Origin: Bacteroidota bacterium | Lineage (GTDB): Bacteria > Bacteroidota > Bacteroidia > Bacteroidales > B18-G4 | Assembly: GCA_013202965.1 (NCBI GenBank) | Contig: JABMQZ010000178.1 | Coordinates: forward strand, 24,344 to 88,343 | Direction: 5' to 3' | DNA length: 64,000 nucleotides | In this document: positions 27,356-36,197 of the stretch, piece after piece | Layout of the letters: every line of letters starts with the position of its first letter | Position numbering within the stretch: the stretch's first letter is position 1 | The notes under the pieces: generated by a model | Database searches by the model: none | What the model saw: only the letters and a program-made list of their open reading frames with translations | What the model was told of the DNA's origin: nothing | Translations under genes and position numbers: made by a program

Positions 27356-29476
27356 TTATCGTCTGGCTGAAAGTTTCAGTATTATTTCTTTTCCTTTGGT
27401 GACCAAGCTTCCCGGTGCCAGGGATTGGCTGCTTACTTTACCATGTCCTTCAATTATTGCTCTCATTCCCAGGCCTTCGATAATGTAGACTGCATCGCGT
27501 GCATTCATCCCTTTTACATTTGGAACAAGATTTTCACGAATAAGCCGGGGGGCGAAGCGGATGCCATTCTCTTCACGGAAATTTACAACCCATTGATCGG
27601 CTTCGCTTTCTGAGGCAATGCTGATGTCCAGATCATCACACAACCACTTCAGGTCTTCATAGCTTCCATACATGATCCGGGGTGTCCGGATTTCAGTTAC
27701 TTCTGTCTCAATTTCCTGGTATATGTCGAGGTGTGTAGCATAAACTTTATCGGCAATCTCTTTAAAAACAGGCGCTGCGACGGATCCACCGTAATATTTA
27801 CCCTGTGCAGGGGCGTTCACTACGACAATACAGCTATACTTTGGATGATCAGCAGGGAAATACCCTACAAAAGATGCATTATAGATCTTCTGCTCATATC
27901 CCCTGTTTTCGTCAGCAATTTGTGCCGTACCGGTTTTCCCGGCGATCTTATAGTGTTTATTTCTCAGATTTCTTGCTGTGCCTCTTTCTACAACGCCTTC
28001 CAACAATGTTTTTGCAGAATCTATGGTGGCCTCTGAGCAAATACTGCTGTTGATCACTTCGGTTTCAAATGTTTCAATCACCCTTCCGGCCTGCCGGATC
28101 TCTTTCACGAACATGGGTTTTACCAGCACGCCATTATTGGCAACAGCGTTATAGAATGCGAGGGTTTGCATGGGAGTGATCGAAAGCGCATAGCCAATAG
28201 ACATCCAGGGAAGACTGAGGCCGGACCACAATTTCTTGTTGTCAGGATGCTTGATCTCCGGATTTCCTTCACCTTGTATTTCCAGCCCGAGTGGCTTATT
28301 CAGGGACATGCTGTAGATCCGGTTAATGTATTCGGCAGGATCTTCTTCGTATGCTTTTACTGTGATCTTTGATATGCCCACATTAGAGGATTTCTCAAAA
28401 GCTTCCCTGATGGTGATGCGGCCGTCGCGGATCTTTTTTACATCACGCATGGTATGTCCGTGGTACATATACCATCCGTCACCGGTGTCGATGGTGTCTG
28501 AAAGCCTGATTTTCTCATCTTCCATGAGGGCAAGGATAGTCGGGAGTTTAAAAGTGGATCCCGGTTCTATATCTTCTGCAATAGCGTAGTTATAGGACTC
28601 GATATATTCACCGGTTTTCTCATCCCTGCGAAGATTGGCAATGGCTTTTATATGGCCTGTGCTCACTTCCATCAATATGGCACAGCCCTGGTAAGCCTGA
28701 TGCAGGATCAGTTGTTGGTGAAGTGCGTCTTCGGCAACATCCTGCAGGTTGATATCGATGGTGGTAATGATATCAAGGCCGTCAGAAGGTTCAAGTTCAT
28801 CTTTTCCGTAAACAGGAATCCAGTCTCCATTGCTGATCCTGCGCCTGAGCTGCTTTCCATCGATGCCTTCCAGGATGTCGTTATAGGCTCCTTCGAGGCC
28901 TACGAACTTGTTCTCTTCTTTGCGTTCGAAGCCAATGGACCTTTTCGCCAGTTCACCAAAAGGCATCTGCCGCCTGGTTTTCTGGATCACTATGAAGCCA
29001 CCTTTGTATTTACCCCTTCGCAAAATGGGAAAAGTCCTGAGTTCTTTCAACTCAGCATAGCTAACTTTCCTTTTGAGGAGATAATACCTGTTGCCATCTT
29101 TACGGGCGTCCTGAAGTCCTTTTTTGTACTGATATTTAGTCCGGTCGCTGAAAAGCTTACTGAGGCACAGGGCGAGGGAATCAACGTTCTCCCTGAAAAA
29201 TTTATCGGAGATGAGTTCTGAAGCCACATCCATCCTGATCTCGAAGATGGGAACAGAGGTGGCGATCAGTTTGCCGCCTGCGTCATAAATATTCCCACGG
29301 TTTGCTTCAATGCTGAAATATTTAAGTTCCTGTTGTTCTGCTTTTGCAATGAGTTCCTTCCCTTCGACAAATTGAATATAGGCTGCCTTGCCTATGATCG
29401 CCAGGGCCAGGAAGAAGATTCCCAGGTAAACCAGGTAAACACGCCACAATATGTCCTTTTTAATATCTTCAGTCAT
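27356..29476 (-). CDS. ftsI: Division-specific transpeptidase (class B PBP, FtsI) with C-terminal PASTA domain
   Basis: 706 aa with an N-terminal TM anchor and the active-site motifs STFK, SSNVG and KTGTA. The C-terminal ~60 aa (VPNVKGMNARDAVYIIEGLGMRAII) is PASTA-like. Confidence 0.92.
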   Translation of the reverse strand: MTEDIKKDILWRVYLVYLGIFFLALAIIGKAAYIQFVEGKELIAKAEQQELKYFSIEANRGNIYDAGGKLIATSVPIFEIRMDVASELISDKFFRENVDSLALCLSKLFSDRTKYQYKKGLQDARKDGNRYYLLKRKVSYAELKELRTFPILRRGKYKGGFIVIQKTRRQMPFGELAKRSIGFERKEENKFVGLEGAYNDILEGIDGKQLRRRISNGDWIPVYGKDELEPSDGLDIITTIDINLQDVAEDALHQQLILHQAYQGCAILMEVSTGHIKAIANLRRDEKTGEYIESYNYAIAEDIEPGSTFKLPTILALMEDEKIRLSDTIDTGDGWYMYHGHTMRDVKKIRDGRITIREAFEKSSNVGISKITVKAYEEDPAEYINRIYSMSLNKPLGLEIQGEGNPEIKHPDNKKLWSGLSLPWMSIGYALSITPMQTLAFYNAVANNGVLVKPMFVKEIRQAGRVIETFETEVINSSICSEATIDSAKTLLEGVVERGTARNLRNKHYKIAGKTGTAQIADENRGYEQKIYNASFVGYFPADHPKYSCIVVVNAPAQGKYYGGSVAAPVFKEIADKVYATHLDIYQEIETEVTEIRTPRIMYGSYEDLKWLCDDLDISIASESEADQWVVNFREENGIRFAPRLIRENLVPNVKGMNARDAVYIIEGLGMRAIIEGHGKVSSQSLAPGSLVTKGKEIILKLSARR

Positions 29477-29870
29477 GATCCGTGCTTTCTTCCTTTTTAA
29501 TAACCTTAACAGGGGGAACCCTGGATTCTTTAATGCTGATATCCTTGAGTCTTTTTGCCACTTCCGATTGCTGACTCTGCTTCATCAGCTCAGATTTGGT
29601 GGTGATGTATTCATAGCGCAGTTCCTTGAGCGACTTTCTGAGCGACTGAATATCTCTTTCTGTCTTCTCTGCAACGTATGTGTTGGCGATATAAAACATA
29701 GCGAGCATGGTCAGGAATAGGAAAAGCGGCAGCAGTCTGACGGCCCTTTCCTTTGTCAGGAAACTACCGCCAAGTACGTTTTGTACAGCCCCGCCAACAC
29801 CGGTCTTTATGTCCGGCTTAGTTTTTTTCTCTGTTTCGGGTGCTTTGATACTGTTTGTCGGCCTTGCCAT
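29469..29870 (-). CDS. ftsL: FtsL-like cell division protein
   Basis: 133 aa with one TM helix followed by a coiled-coil-like segment. It sits between rsmH and ftsI and overlaps ftsI by 8 nt. The call rests on position and architecture. Confidence 0.6.
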   Translation of the reverse strand: MARPTNSIKAPETEKKTKPDIKTGVGGAVQNVLGGSFLTKERAVRLLPLFLFLTMLAMFYIANTYVAEKTERDIQSLRKSLKELRYEYITTKSELMKQSQQSEVAKRLKDISIKESRVPPVKVIKKEESTDHD

Positions 29871-29872
29871 GT

Positions 29873-30766
29873 TTATTTTTTTTCTCCTATTCTTAATTTT
29901 GCACTTCTTGCCCTTGGATTACGATCTGTCTCTTCCTGCCCGGGTACGATGGGTTTTCTTGTAATCGCCTGAATCCCTGATATGACATTCCCGTAAAAAT
30001 CCTGCTCTACAATGCCTTTGGTGTTGCCACTTTTGAAAAAGTTCTTCACAAGCCTGTCTTCCAGTGAATGGTATGATATTACTGCCATCCGGCCCCCCGG
30101 CTTAAGCACCTCAATGCTTTTCTGCAGGAATTCTTCCAGGGCTTCGAGTTCCCTGTTCACTTCAATCCTGATGGCTTGGAAAACCTGTGCCAGGTACTTG
30201 TTTTCCTGTGCACGGGGAGCACAACCAGCTGCTGCATTTTTCAGGTCAGTGGTGGTTTTGATTTCCTTTTTGTTTCTTTCCTGGATGATGCTTATAGCCA
30301 GCCTCCTGCTGTTTTTTATCTCTCCGTAGTTCCTGAACATGATGAATAGATTCTGTTCAGAATATGTGTTTACAACATCTGCTCCGCTGATGCCACTGCG
30401 ATGATCCATGCGCAGATCAAGTATGCCTTCATGCCTTATGGAAAACCCTCTGCCTGCTGCATCGATCTGGTGGGATGACACACCAAGGTCTGCCAGTATG
30501 CCATCGCATGGAATAGCATGCTGTAGCCTGAGGTAATTTTTTATATATCTGTAATCGGCATTGATCAGCATAAAACGCTTGTCTTTTATTGCATTGTTCA
30601 GTGCATCCGGGTCCCTGTCGAAGGCAAACAGCCTTCCGCCCTTCATTTGATTTAAAATTTCCTTTGAATGTCCGCCCCCTCCGAAAGTAGCATCCACGTA
30701 GGTGCCACCGGATTCGATCATAAGCCCTTGAATGCTTTCACTCAAGAGTACAGGGGTATGGTACAT
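29873..30766 (-). CDS. rsmH: 16S rRNA (cytosine1402-N4)-methyltransferase
   Basis: 297 aa with YVDATFGGGGHS and ISYHSLEDR. Confidence 0.95.
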   Translation of the reverse strand: MYHTPVLLSESIQGLMIESGGTYVDATFGGGGHSKEILNQMKGGRLFAFDRDPDALNNAIKDKRFMLINADYRYIKNYLRLQHAIPCDGILADLGVSSHQIDAAGRGFSIRHEGILDLRMDHRSGISGADVVNTYSEQNLFIMFRNYGEIKNSRRLAISIIQERNKKEIKTTTDLKNAAAGCAPRAQENKYLAQVFQAIRIEVNRELEALEEFLQKSIEVLKPGGRMAVISYHSLEDRLVKNFFKSGNTKGIVEQDFYGNVISGIQAITRKPIVPGQEETDRNPRARSAKLRIGEKK

Positions 30767-31233
30767 CAGTCTTTAGCTTCGGTTTCCTTATCTCCCATGA
30801 CGTCTTCAGCCAGGGTGGCGAATTCATCGGGGTCATAGTCAACTGCTGCCTCATATTCCGATTTGTCCCAGATCTCAATCTTGTTCACAACTGATGCGAG
30901 TACGATCTCTTTATGAATGTTGGAGTAGAGGGTAAGGTCTTTGGGGATCAATAACCTTCCGGTAGAATCCAGTTCAACAGTTTTCACACCAGCCATGAAT
31001 TTCCGAATGAAGTCGACATTCTTTTTGACAAAACGGTTGAGGTTGTTGATGCGCATGCTTTCACGATTCCACTCTGCCATAGGGTATAATTCCAGGCACT
31101 TCCTGAAAATGCTCCGCTTGATAACGAAGCCTTCGGAAATGCTTCCCTCCAGCTGGTTCTTGAATGCAACAGGAAACATCAGCCTCCCTTTTACATCAAC
31201 TTTACACTCGTATGTTCCGATAATATTCGACAC
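30766..31233 (-). CDS. mraZ: Transcriptional regulator MraZ
   Basis: 155 aa with a GTG start. It has duplicated SpoVT/AbrB-type halves (VDVKGRLMFPVAF and LDSTGRLLIPKDL). Its TGA stop overlaps the rsmH ATG (TGATG). Confidence 0.93.
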   Translation of the reverse strand: MSNIIGTYECKVDVKGRLMFPVAFKNQLEGSISEGFVIKRSIFRKCLELYPMAEWNRESMRINNLNRFVKKNVDFIRKFMAGVKTVELDSTGRLLIPKDLTLYSNIHKEIVLASVVNKIEIWDKSEYEAAVDYDPDEFATLAEDVMGDKETEAKD

Positions 31234-31269
31234 AGAAACTCAATTAAGGCGTAAAAATATGAAATGATT

Positions 31270-31299
31270 TACCACTTTTTACCACTTTTTACCACTTTT
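31270..31299 (-). promoter_or_regulatory. Predicted MraZ operator: three exact 10 bp direct repeats
   Basis: The plus strand has TACCACTTTT three times. In the mraZ sense this is AAAGTGG+TAA three times, 37-66 nt upstream of the mraZ GTG. A -7-like box TATTTTTA (31252-31259) lies between the repeats and the start codon. Confidence 0.65.
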
Positions 31300-31523
31300 T
31301 ATCAATAATTGTTACAGTTTTTATCAACAAAATGTTAATATGTCAGAATCAGCCTTTGACGCGTTGTACAGGGCCGGGCTTCTTAATTGGCAAATATTCA
31401 GATATTTGTAAATATCATGTCTGGTATTTTATGGCCTGCTTATAATCATGAGAATTTGCGTATTTTTGTATTATGAACAAGCCGAAGATGTCACTTGTTT
31501 ATGAGTGAAAGAGAACTTGAAAA

Positions 31524-32351
31524 GTGGAAAAACAGGAAAAATTAGTTGACCTGAAAAAGGTTATCAGCGAAAAAAGCCCCAGGCTTGCCAGGCTTATGCC
31601 TTGGTTTATTTTGAATTACCTGAGAAGGATCGTTCATGAGGATGATCTGAATGATTTTATTGCAAGGCAAGGGCACAAAAAAGGATTGGATTATTTGTAT
31701 GGCATCCTGGAAGAGTTTGGGGTTAATCTGGTGCTGATCGGGAAAGAGAAGCTTCCCGAAACCGGGAGATATCTTTTAGCGTCGAATCATCCTCTTGGCG
31801 GGCTTGATGGTATTGCTTTTATGGTAGGGGTGTCAAAGATACGTAAGGATTTTATTTTTCCGGTTAATGATATCCTGCTATCCCTTGACGGCATGAAAGA
31901 GTTTTTTGTCCCGATCAACAAGCATGGCAGCAATTCTGATAATGTGAGAATCCTTAACGAAACCTTTGCTTCTGATCAGGTGCTTTTATATTATCCGGCG
32001 GGACTTGTATCAAGAAAAAAGAAAGGGGTAATTAAGGACCTGGAGTGGAAAAAAACTTTCATTACAAAAGCAAGACAGTATAAAAGAGATGTGATCCCGG
32101 TTTACATGGATGGAAGAAATTCGAATTTCTTTTATAATCTTTCAAATTTAAGGACCCGTCTGGGGATAAAGGCCAATATTGAAATGCTGTATCTGGTTGA
32201 TGAAACCTATAAGCAATACGATAAAACCATTCATATTGTCTTTGGAGAGCCCATAGCCTGGGAAACATTTGATCGAAGTAAAAAGGATTTGGAATGGGCT
32301 GCAATGGTCAGGGAAAAAGTTTATGAATTGAAAGAGAAAAATAAGCTATAG
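31524..32351 (+). CDS. Lysophospholipid/1-acylglycerol-3-phosphate-type O-acyltransferase (GlsA/OlsA-like)
   Basis: 275 aa with the HX4D acyltransferase motif in LASNHPLGGLDG. GTG is the only start available after the in-frame stop at 31518-31520. The gene is tightly linked to the downstream N-acyltransferase. Confidence 0.8.
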   Translation: MEKQEKLVDLKKVISEKSPRLARLMPWFILNYLRRIVHEDDLNDFIARQGHKKGLDYLYGILEEFGVNLVLIGKEKLPETGRYLLASNHPLGGLDGIAFMVGVSKIRKDFIFPVNDILLSLDGMKEFFVPINKHGSNSDNVRILNETFASDQVLLYYPAGLVSRKKKGVIKDLEWKKTFITKARQYKRDVIPVYMDGRNSNFFYNLSNLRTRLGIKANIEMLYLVDETYKQYDKTIHIVFGEPIAWETFDRSKKDLEWAAMVREKVYELKEKNKL

Positions 32352-32354
32352 AAT

Positions 32355-33281
32355 ATGGAAACTATCATACCTCCGGTTGACAGGGCATTGATCGAAAAGG
32401 AACTGAATAAAGATACTTTCATCAGGGATACCAATAATGCCAATAATAAGATATATGTGATTACAAACCAGGATTCCCCCAATGCTGTGAGGGAGATCGG
32501 GCGACTCAGAGAAATGACATTTCGTGATGCAGGAGGAGGAACCGGAAAAGCCCTCGATATCGACCAGTATGATACTGCCGAAGAATCATTCAAGCAACTT
32601 ATAGTGTGGGATCCGGATGAGCGTGAGATCATTGGCGGTTACCGCTTCATTCATGGGAAAGACATAAAAACCAATGAAGATGGCAGCCTGAAAACGCCTA
32701 CAGGGAAGTTGTTTAAAATCTCCGAAAAGTTTGTCAGGGACTATATGCCGGTTACTGTTGAACTCGGAAGAAGTTTTGTTCAGACTTTTTATCAACCCAT
32801 GGTTAATCTGCGGCGCGGAATGTATTCGCTGGACAATATATGGGATGGGATTGGAGCGATCATGATAGATAATCCTGATATTAAATTCCTGTTTGGGAAA
32901 GTCACACTGTATCCACACTATGATACACTGGCAAAAGAAATGCTTTATTATTTTATCTCCAAGTATTTCCCGGATAAAGAAAATCTCATGATGCCTCATG
33001 AGCCTGTCAAAATTGCAACATCAACAAAAGTGCTCAAGAATATTTTCACTGGTTGCAACTATGACGAGGATTATAAGATACTTGTACATAAGATCCGTGC
33101 CCTGAAAGAGCAGGTGCCGCCATTGTTCAATGCCTATATGAACCTTTCACCCACGATGAGTTCATTTGGGGTAGCAGTGAATCCCTCTTTTGGAGAAGTA
33201 GAAGAAATGGGCATTATCGTTACCATTGCCGATATTTATGATTATAAGAAAGATCGTCATATTTCATCATATATAAAATAG
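32355..33281 (+). CDS. GNAT-fold hemolysin-like N-acyltransferase (GlsB/OlsB-like N-acyl amino acid synthase)
   Basis: 308 aa. REIGRLREMTFRDAGGGTGK and GGYRFIHG resemble the OlsB / Acetyltransf_5 family as I remember it. There is a 3 nt gap from the upstream acyltransferase. Confidence 0.7.
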   Translation: METIIPPVDRALIEKELNKDTFIRDTNNANNKIYVITNQDSPNAVREIGRLREMTFRDAGGGTGKALDIDQYDTAEESFKQLIVWDPDEREIIGGYRFIHGKDIKTNEDGSLKTPTGKLFKISEKFVRDYMPVTVELGRSFVQTFYQPMVNLRRGMYSLDNIWDGIGAIMIDNPDIKFLFGKVTLYPHYDTLAKEMLYYFISKYFPDKENLMMPHEPVKIATSTKVLKNIFTGCNYDEDYKILVHKIRALKEQVPPLFNAYMNLSPTMSSFGVAVNPSFGEVEEMGIIVTIADIYDYKKDRHISSYIK

Positions 33282-33282
33282 G

Positions 33283-33915
33283 ATGCGGGGAAAAAAAACA
33301 ACTGACATCAAAGCCGCAGCATTTGTTATCAGCAGCCCGGATGTGAGCTCCTGTCCTGATGGGAACCTGCCCGAGTACGCTTTCATCGGCCGTTCCAATG
33401 TCGGGAAATCCTCCCTTATCAACATGCTCACCGCTACCAAAGGTCTTGCGAAGATCAGTCAGACACCGGGCAAAACCCGCCTGATCAATCATTTTATCAT
33501 TAATGACAGCTGGTTTCTTGTCGACCTGCCGGGATTTGGCTATGCGAAGATCTCTAAAAAAGAAAGGGCTAAATGGGGAAAGATGATCAACTCCTATCTC
33601 CTTAAGCGAAAGAATCTTGTTTGTACATTCATTCTCATCGATTCACGGCATGAACCTCAAAAGATCGACACTGAATTCATGGAATGGATGGGCATGGGAC
33701 AGTTGCCGTTTGTTATTGCTTTTACGAAGACAGATAAAATGTCATCCCGGCAGCTGGATGAATCCCTGAAAAGATACCGGGAGCAATTATTGCAAAGCTG
33801 GGAAGAAATTCCCCAATATTTTGTCACTTCAGCAAAAACTGCCAGGGGAAAGGACGAGATGCTGGATTTCATCAACTCCAATAATAAGCTTTATCTGGAT
33901 TATTTGAAGCATTAA
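33283..33915 (+). CDS. engB: Ribosome biogenesis GTPase EngB (YihA/YsxC)
   Basis: 210 aa with G1 GRSNVGKSSLIN, G3 DLPGFGY and G4 TKTDK. Confidence 0.92.
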   Translation: MRGKKTTDIKAAAFVISSPDVSSCPDGNLPEYAFIGRSNVGKSSLINMLTATKGLAKISQTPGKTRLINHFIINDSWFLVDLPGFGYAKISKKERAKWGKMINSYLLKRKNLVCTFILIDSRHEPQKIDTEFMEWMGMGQLPFVIAFTKTDKMSSRQLDESLKRYREQLLQSWEEIPQYFVTSAKTARGKDEMLDFINSNNKLYLDYLKH

Positions 33916-34010
33916 GACTTTATTGCTTGAATCAGTTGATTCGATGTTAGGTTCAGGGTGCCGGATACCAGATACAGGGAAAAGAACAGGGTCCATTCGG
34001 CAATTTATTC

Positions 34011-34128
34011 AACACCCACTGCGTCCGCCGTAGCGAAGCGTAGGAGGAACACTATCTTCACTCATCCAACCAGCAACCAGCTTGCCCGACCGTAGCGCAG
34101 CGAAGGCGGGTAACCAGTAACCAGAATA
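34011..34128 (+). repeat. Composite repeat, copy C (opposite orientation to copies A and B)
   Basis: The box aacacccactgcgtccgccg (34011-34030) is the reverse complement of the copy A/B box with one mismatch. It is followed by two CCGTAGCGnAGCGnAGGnGG sub-repeats and short heptamer runs (aaccagc x2; taaccag x2) that end at the stop codon of the biotin-carrier gene. Confidence 0.75.
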
Positions 34129-34458
34129 TCATTCCAACTCAATTAAAACCTGATCTTTCGCCACAATATTTCCGGTTTTGGCATTTACTTTTTTCACAAC
34201 ACCTTCAAGGGGGCTCAGGATCTGGTTTTTCATCTTCATAGCATCAAGGACCAGAAGCAGGTCGCCTGCCTTGACTTTCTCTCCTTCTTTCACACTTACT
34301 TTTCGGATGGTACCCGGCATAAATGCAAGGACCATTTTAGGGTCTTTTGCTTGATATACTTTTCGTTTCTGAAATTTTTCGGTCAGAAGGGTCCTGTATT
34401 TGAAGTACTCAATATTAAGGGTCTTCAGTTTGCCTGAATATTTGTCGTCTTTTTTCAT
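34129..34458 (-). CDS. Biotin carboxyl carrier (biotinyl/lipoyl domain) protein
   Basis: 109 aa. The biotinylation motif AMKM occurs in LLVLDAMKMKNQI. Confidence 0.85.
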   Translation of the reverse strand: MKKDDKYSGKLKTLNIEYFKYRTLLTEKFQKRKVYQAKDPKMVLAFMPGTIRKVSVKEGEKVKAGDLLLVLDAMKMKNQILSPLEGVVKKVNAKTGNIVAKDQVLIELE

Positions 34459-34466
34459 ACAAAGGA

Positions 34467-36014
34467 TTAAAATGGTGGGATACCATGTTTCTTCTCTGGT
34501 GGCCTTTCCTTTTTGTTGGCAGAAATTTCCAGGGCATGGATCAGCATCCTGCGTGTCTCTGCAGGTTCTATGACGGCATCAATATATCCACTGGCTGCAG
34601 CAACATATGGATTTGCATATTTCTGCTTGTATTCCTTAATTTTCTGTTTACGCATTTCTTCGGGATGCTCTGCATTTCTGATCTCATTCCGGAAGATGAT
34701 GTTGGCTGCACCTTCGGGCCCCATAACTGCGATCTCTGCTGTAGGCCAGGAAAAGACAAAATCGGCACGCAGGTGATGTGAGCACATGGCGATGTATCCG
34801 CCACCATAGGCTTTTCTTAGAACCACGGTGAGCTTTGGAACTGTAGCTTCAGAATATGCATAAAGCATTTTGGCTCCATGCCTGATCACACCAGCATGTT
34901 CCTGATCCACACCGGGCAGGTATCCCGGAAGGTCAACCAGGGTGACAAGTGGGATATTAAACGCATCACAGTAGCGGATAAACCTTCCCGCTTTATCAGA
35001 TGAATCCACATCAAGTACTCCGGCAAGCACCAATGGTTGGTTGGCAACGAAACCTATCGTCTCACCCTTTAACCTGGCAAAGCCAATGACAATATTTGCA
35101 GCAAATAATTCCTGTACCTCAAAGAATTCGGAATCATCGCAAATGGCCTTGATCACATCCCTGACATCATAAGGTAGTTTGGGATCGGTAGGGATGATAT
35201 TTTCTATATTGTAACTTCTGGTGCGCGGGGCCTTCTTTGGAAAAGAATCCGCTTTTTTCCTGTTATTCCAGGGAATGAAGGTAATGAGCTGCTTGACCTG
35301 GTCGAAACATTGCTGTTCGCTTTCAGCAAAGAAATGTGCATTTCCGGTAGTCTCAGAATGAACGCGCGCACCACCGAGATCTTCCATGGATATTTCCTCC
35401 CCGATGGTGGATTTTATCACCTCCGGGCCGGTAATGAACATTTTCGATATATTATCAACAACAAAGACGAAGTCAGTGAGTGCCGGTGAATATACCGCTC
35501 CTCCTGCACATGGCCCGAGGATCACGGATATTTGCGGGATTACTCCCGATGCCTGTGTATTCCGGTAGAAGATTTCTCCATATCCGGCCAGTGAGTTAAC
35601 GCCTTCCTGTATCCTTGCACCACCTGAATCGTTGATCCCAATGATGGGAACGCCCAGTTTCATGGCATGATCCATGATCTTTGTGATCTTTCGTGCGTGC
35701 ATCAACCCCAGCGAGCCACCGGCTATGGTAAAATCCTGGGCATATATGCATATCGGATGGCCGCTGATGGTTCCTGTTCCCGTAACCACTCCGTCACCGG
35801 GCAGGTATTTTTTGTCCATATCAAAATCTTTCGCAGTATGCTCAACAAAAATATCATATTCATTAAAAGATCTCGGGTCCAGCAGCGCAATGATACGCTC
35901 ACGTGCCGTGAGCTTCCCGGTTGCTTTCTGCTTTTTTATTGCTTTTGATCCGCCACCCTGAAGTGCATCACGCATCCGCCTCTTCAGATCGGAGGTCTTC
36001 CTCTTTAAAACCAT
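34467..36014 (-). CDS. Acyl-CoA carboxyltransferase (propionyl-CoA carboxylase beta / methylmalonyl-CoA decarboxylase alpha family)
   Basis: 515 aa with the typical family layout: GKLTARERI near the N-terminus, GGARIQEG, and GGAYVM-like GGGYIAM. Substrate direction cannot be decided from sequence. Confidence 0.88.
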   Translation of the reverse strand: MVLKRKTSDLKRRMRDALQGGGSKAIKKQKATGKLTARERIIALLDPRSFNEYDIFVEHTAKDFDMDKKYLPGDGVVTGTGTISGHPICIYAQDFTIAGGSLGLMHARKITKIMDHAMKLGVPIIGINDSGGARIQEGVNSLAGYGEIFYRNTQASGVIPQISVILGPCAGGAVYSPALTDFVFVVDNISKMFITGPEVIKSTIGEEISMEDLGGARVHSETTGNAHFFAESEQQCFDQVKQLITFIPWNNRKKADSFPKKAPRTRSYNIENIIPTDPKLPYDVRDVIKAICDDSEFFEVQELFAANIVIGFARLKGETIGFVANQPLVLAGVLDVDSSDKAGRFIRYCDAFNIPLVTLVDLPGYLPGVDQEHAGVIRHGAKMLYAYSEATVPKLTVVLRKAYGGGYIAMCSHHLRADFVFSWPTAEIAVMGPEGAANIIFRNEIRNAEHPEEMRKQKIKEYKQKYANPYVAAASGYIDAVIEPAETRRMLIHALEISANKKERPPEKKHGIPPF

Positions 36015-36034
36015 TTTTAGTATATTTGTTTATA

Positions 36035-36042
36035 CAAAGATA
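36035..36042 (-). promoter_or_regulatory. Candidate -7 promoter box (TATCTTTG on minus strand)
   Basis: The reverse complement of caaagata matches TAnnTTTG, 21 nt upstream of the carboxyltransferase ATG. The -33 spacing is not ideal. Confidence 0.35.
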
Positions 36043-36197
36043 AGGCACAGTTAATCCAAAAATCAAGGCAGTTGTTTAAATATTTTGCCGGATAGATGTG
36101 TTCCCTGTCCCTTATGTGCAGCAAAATTAATGTATTTTTTACTTGGCATGTTTAGTTTATTTGTTCATTGTTGTGTTGGTGTAATTATAAAGTATTT

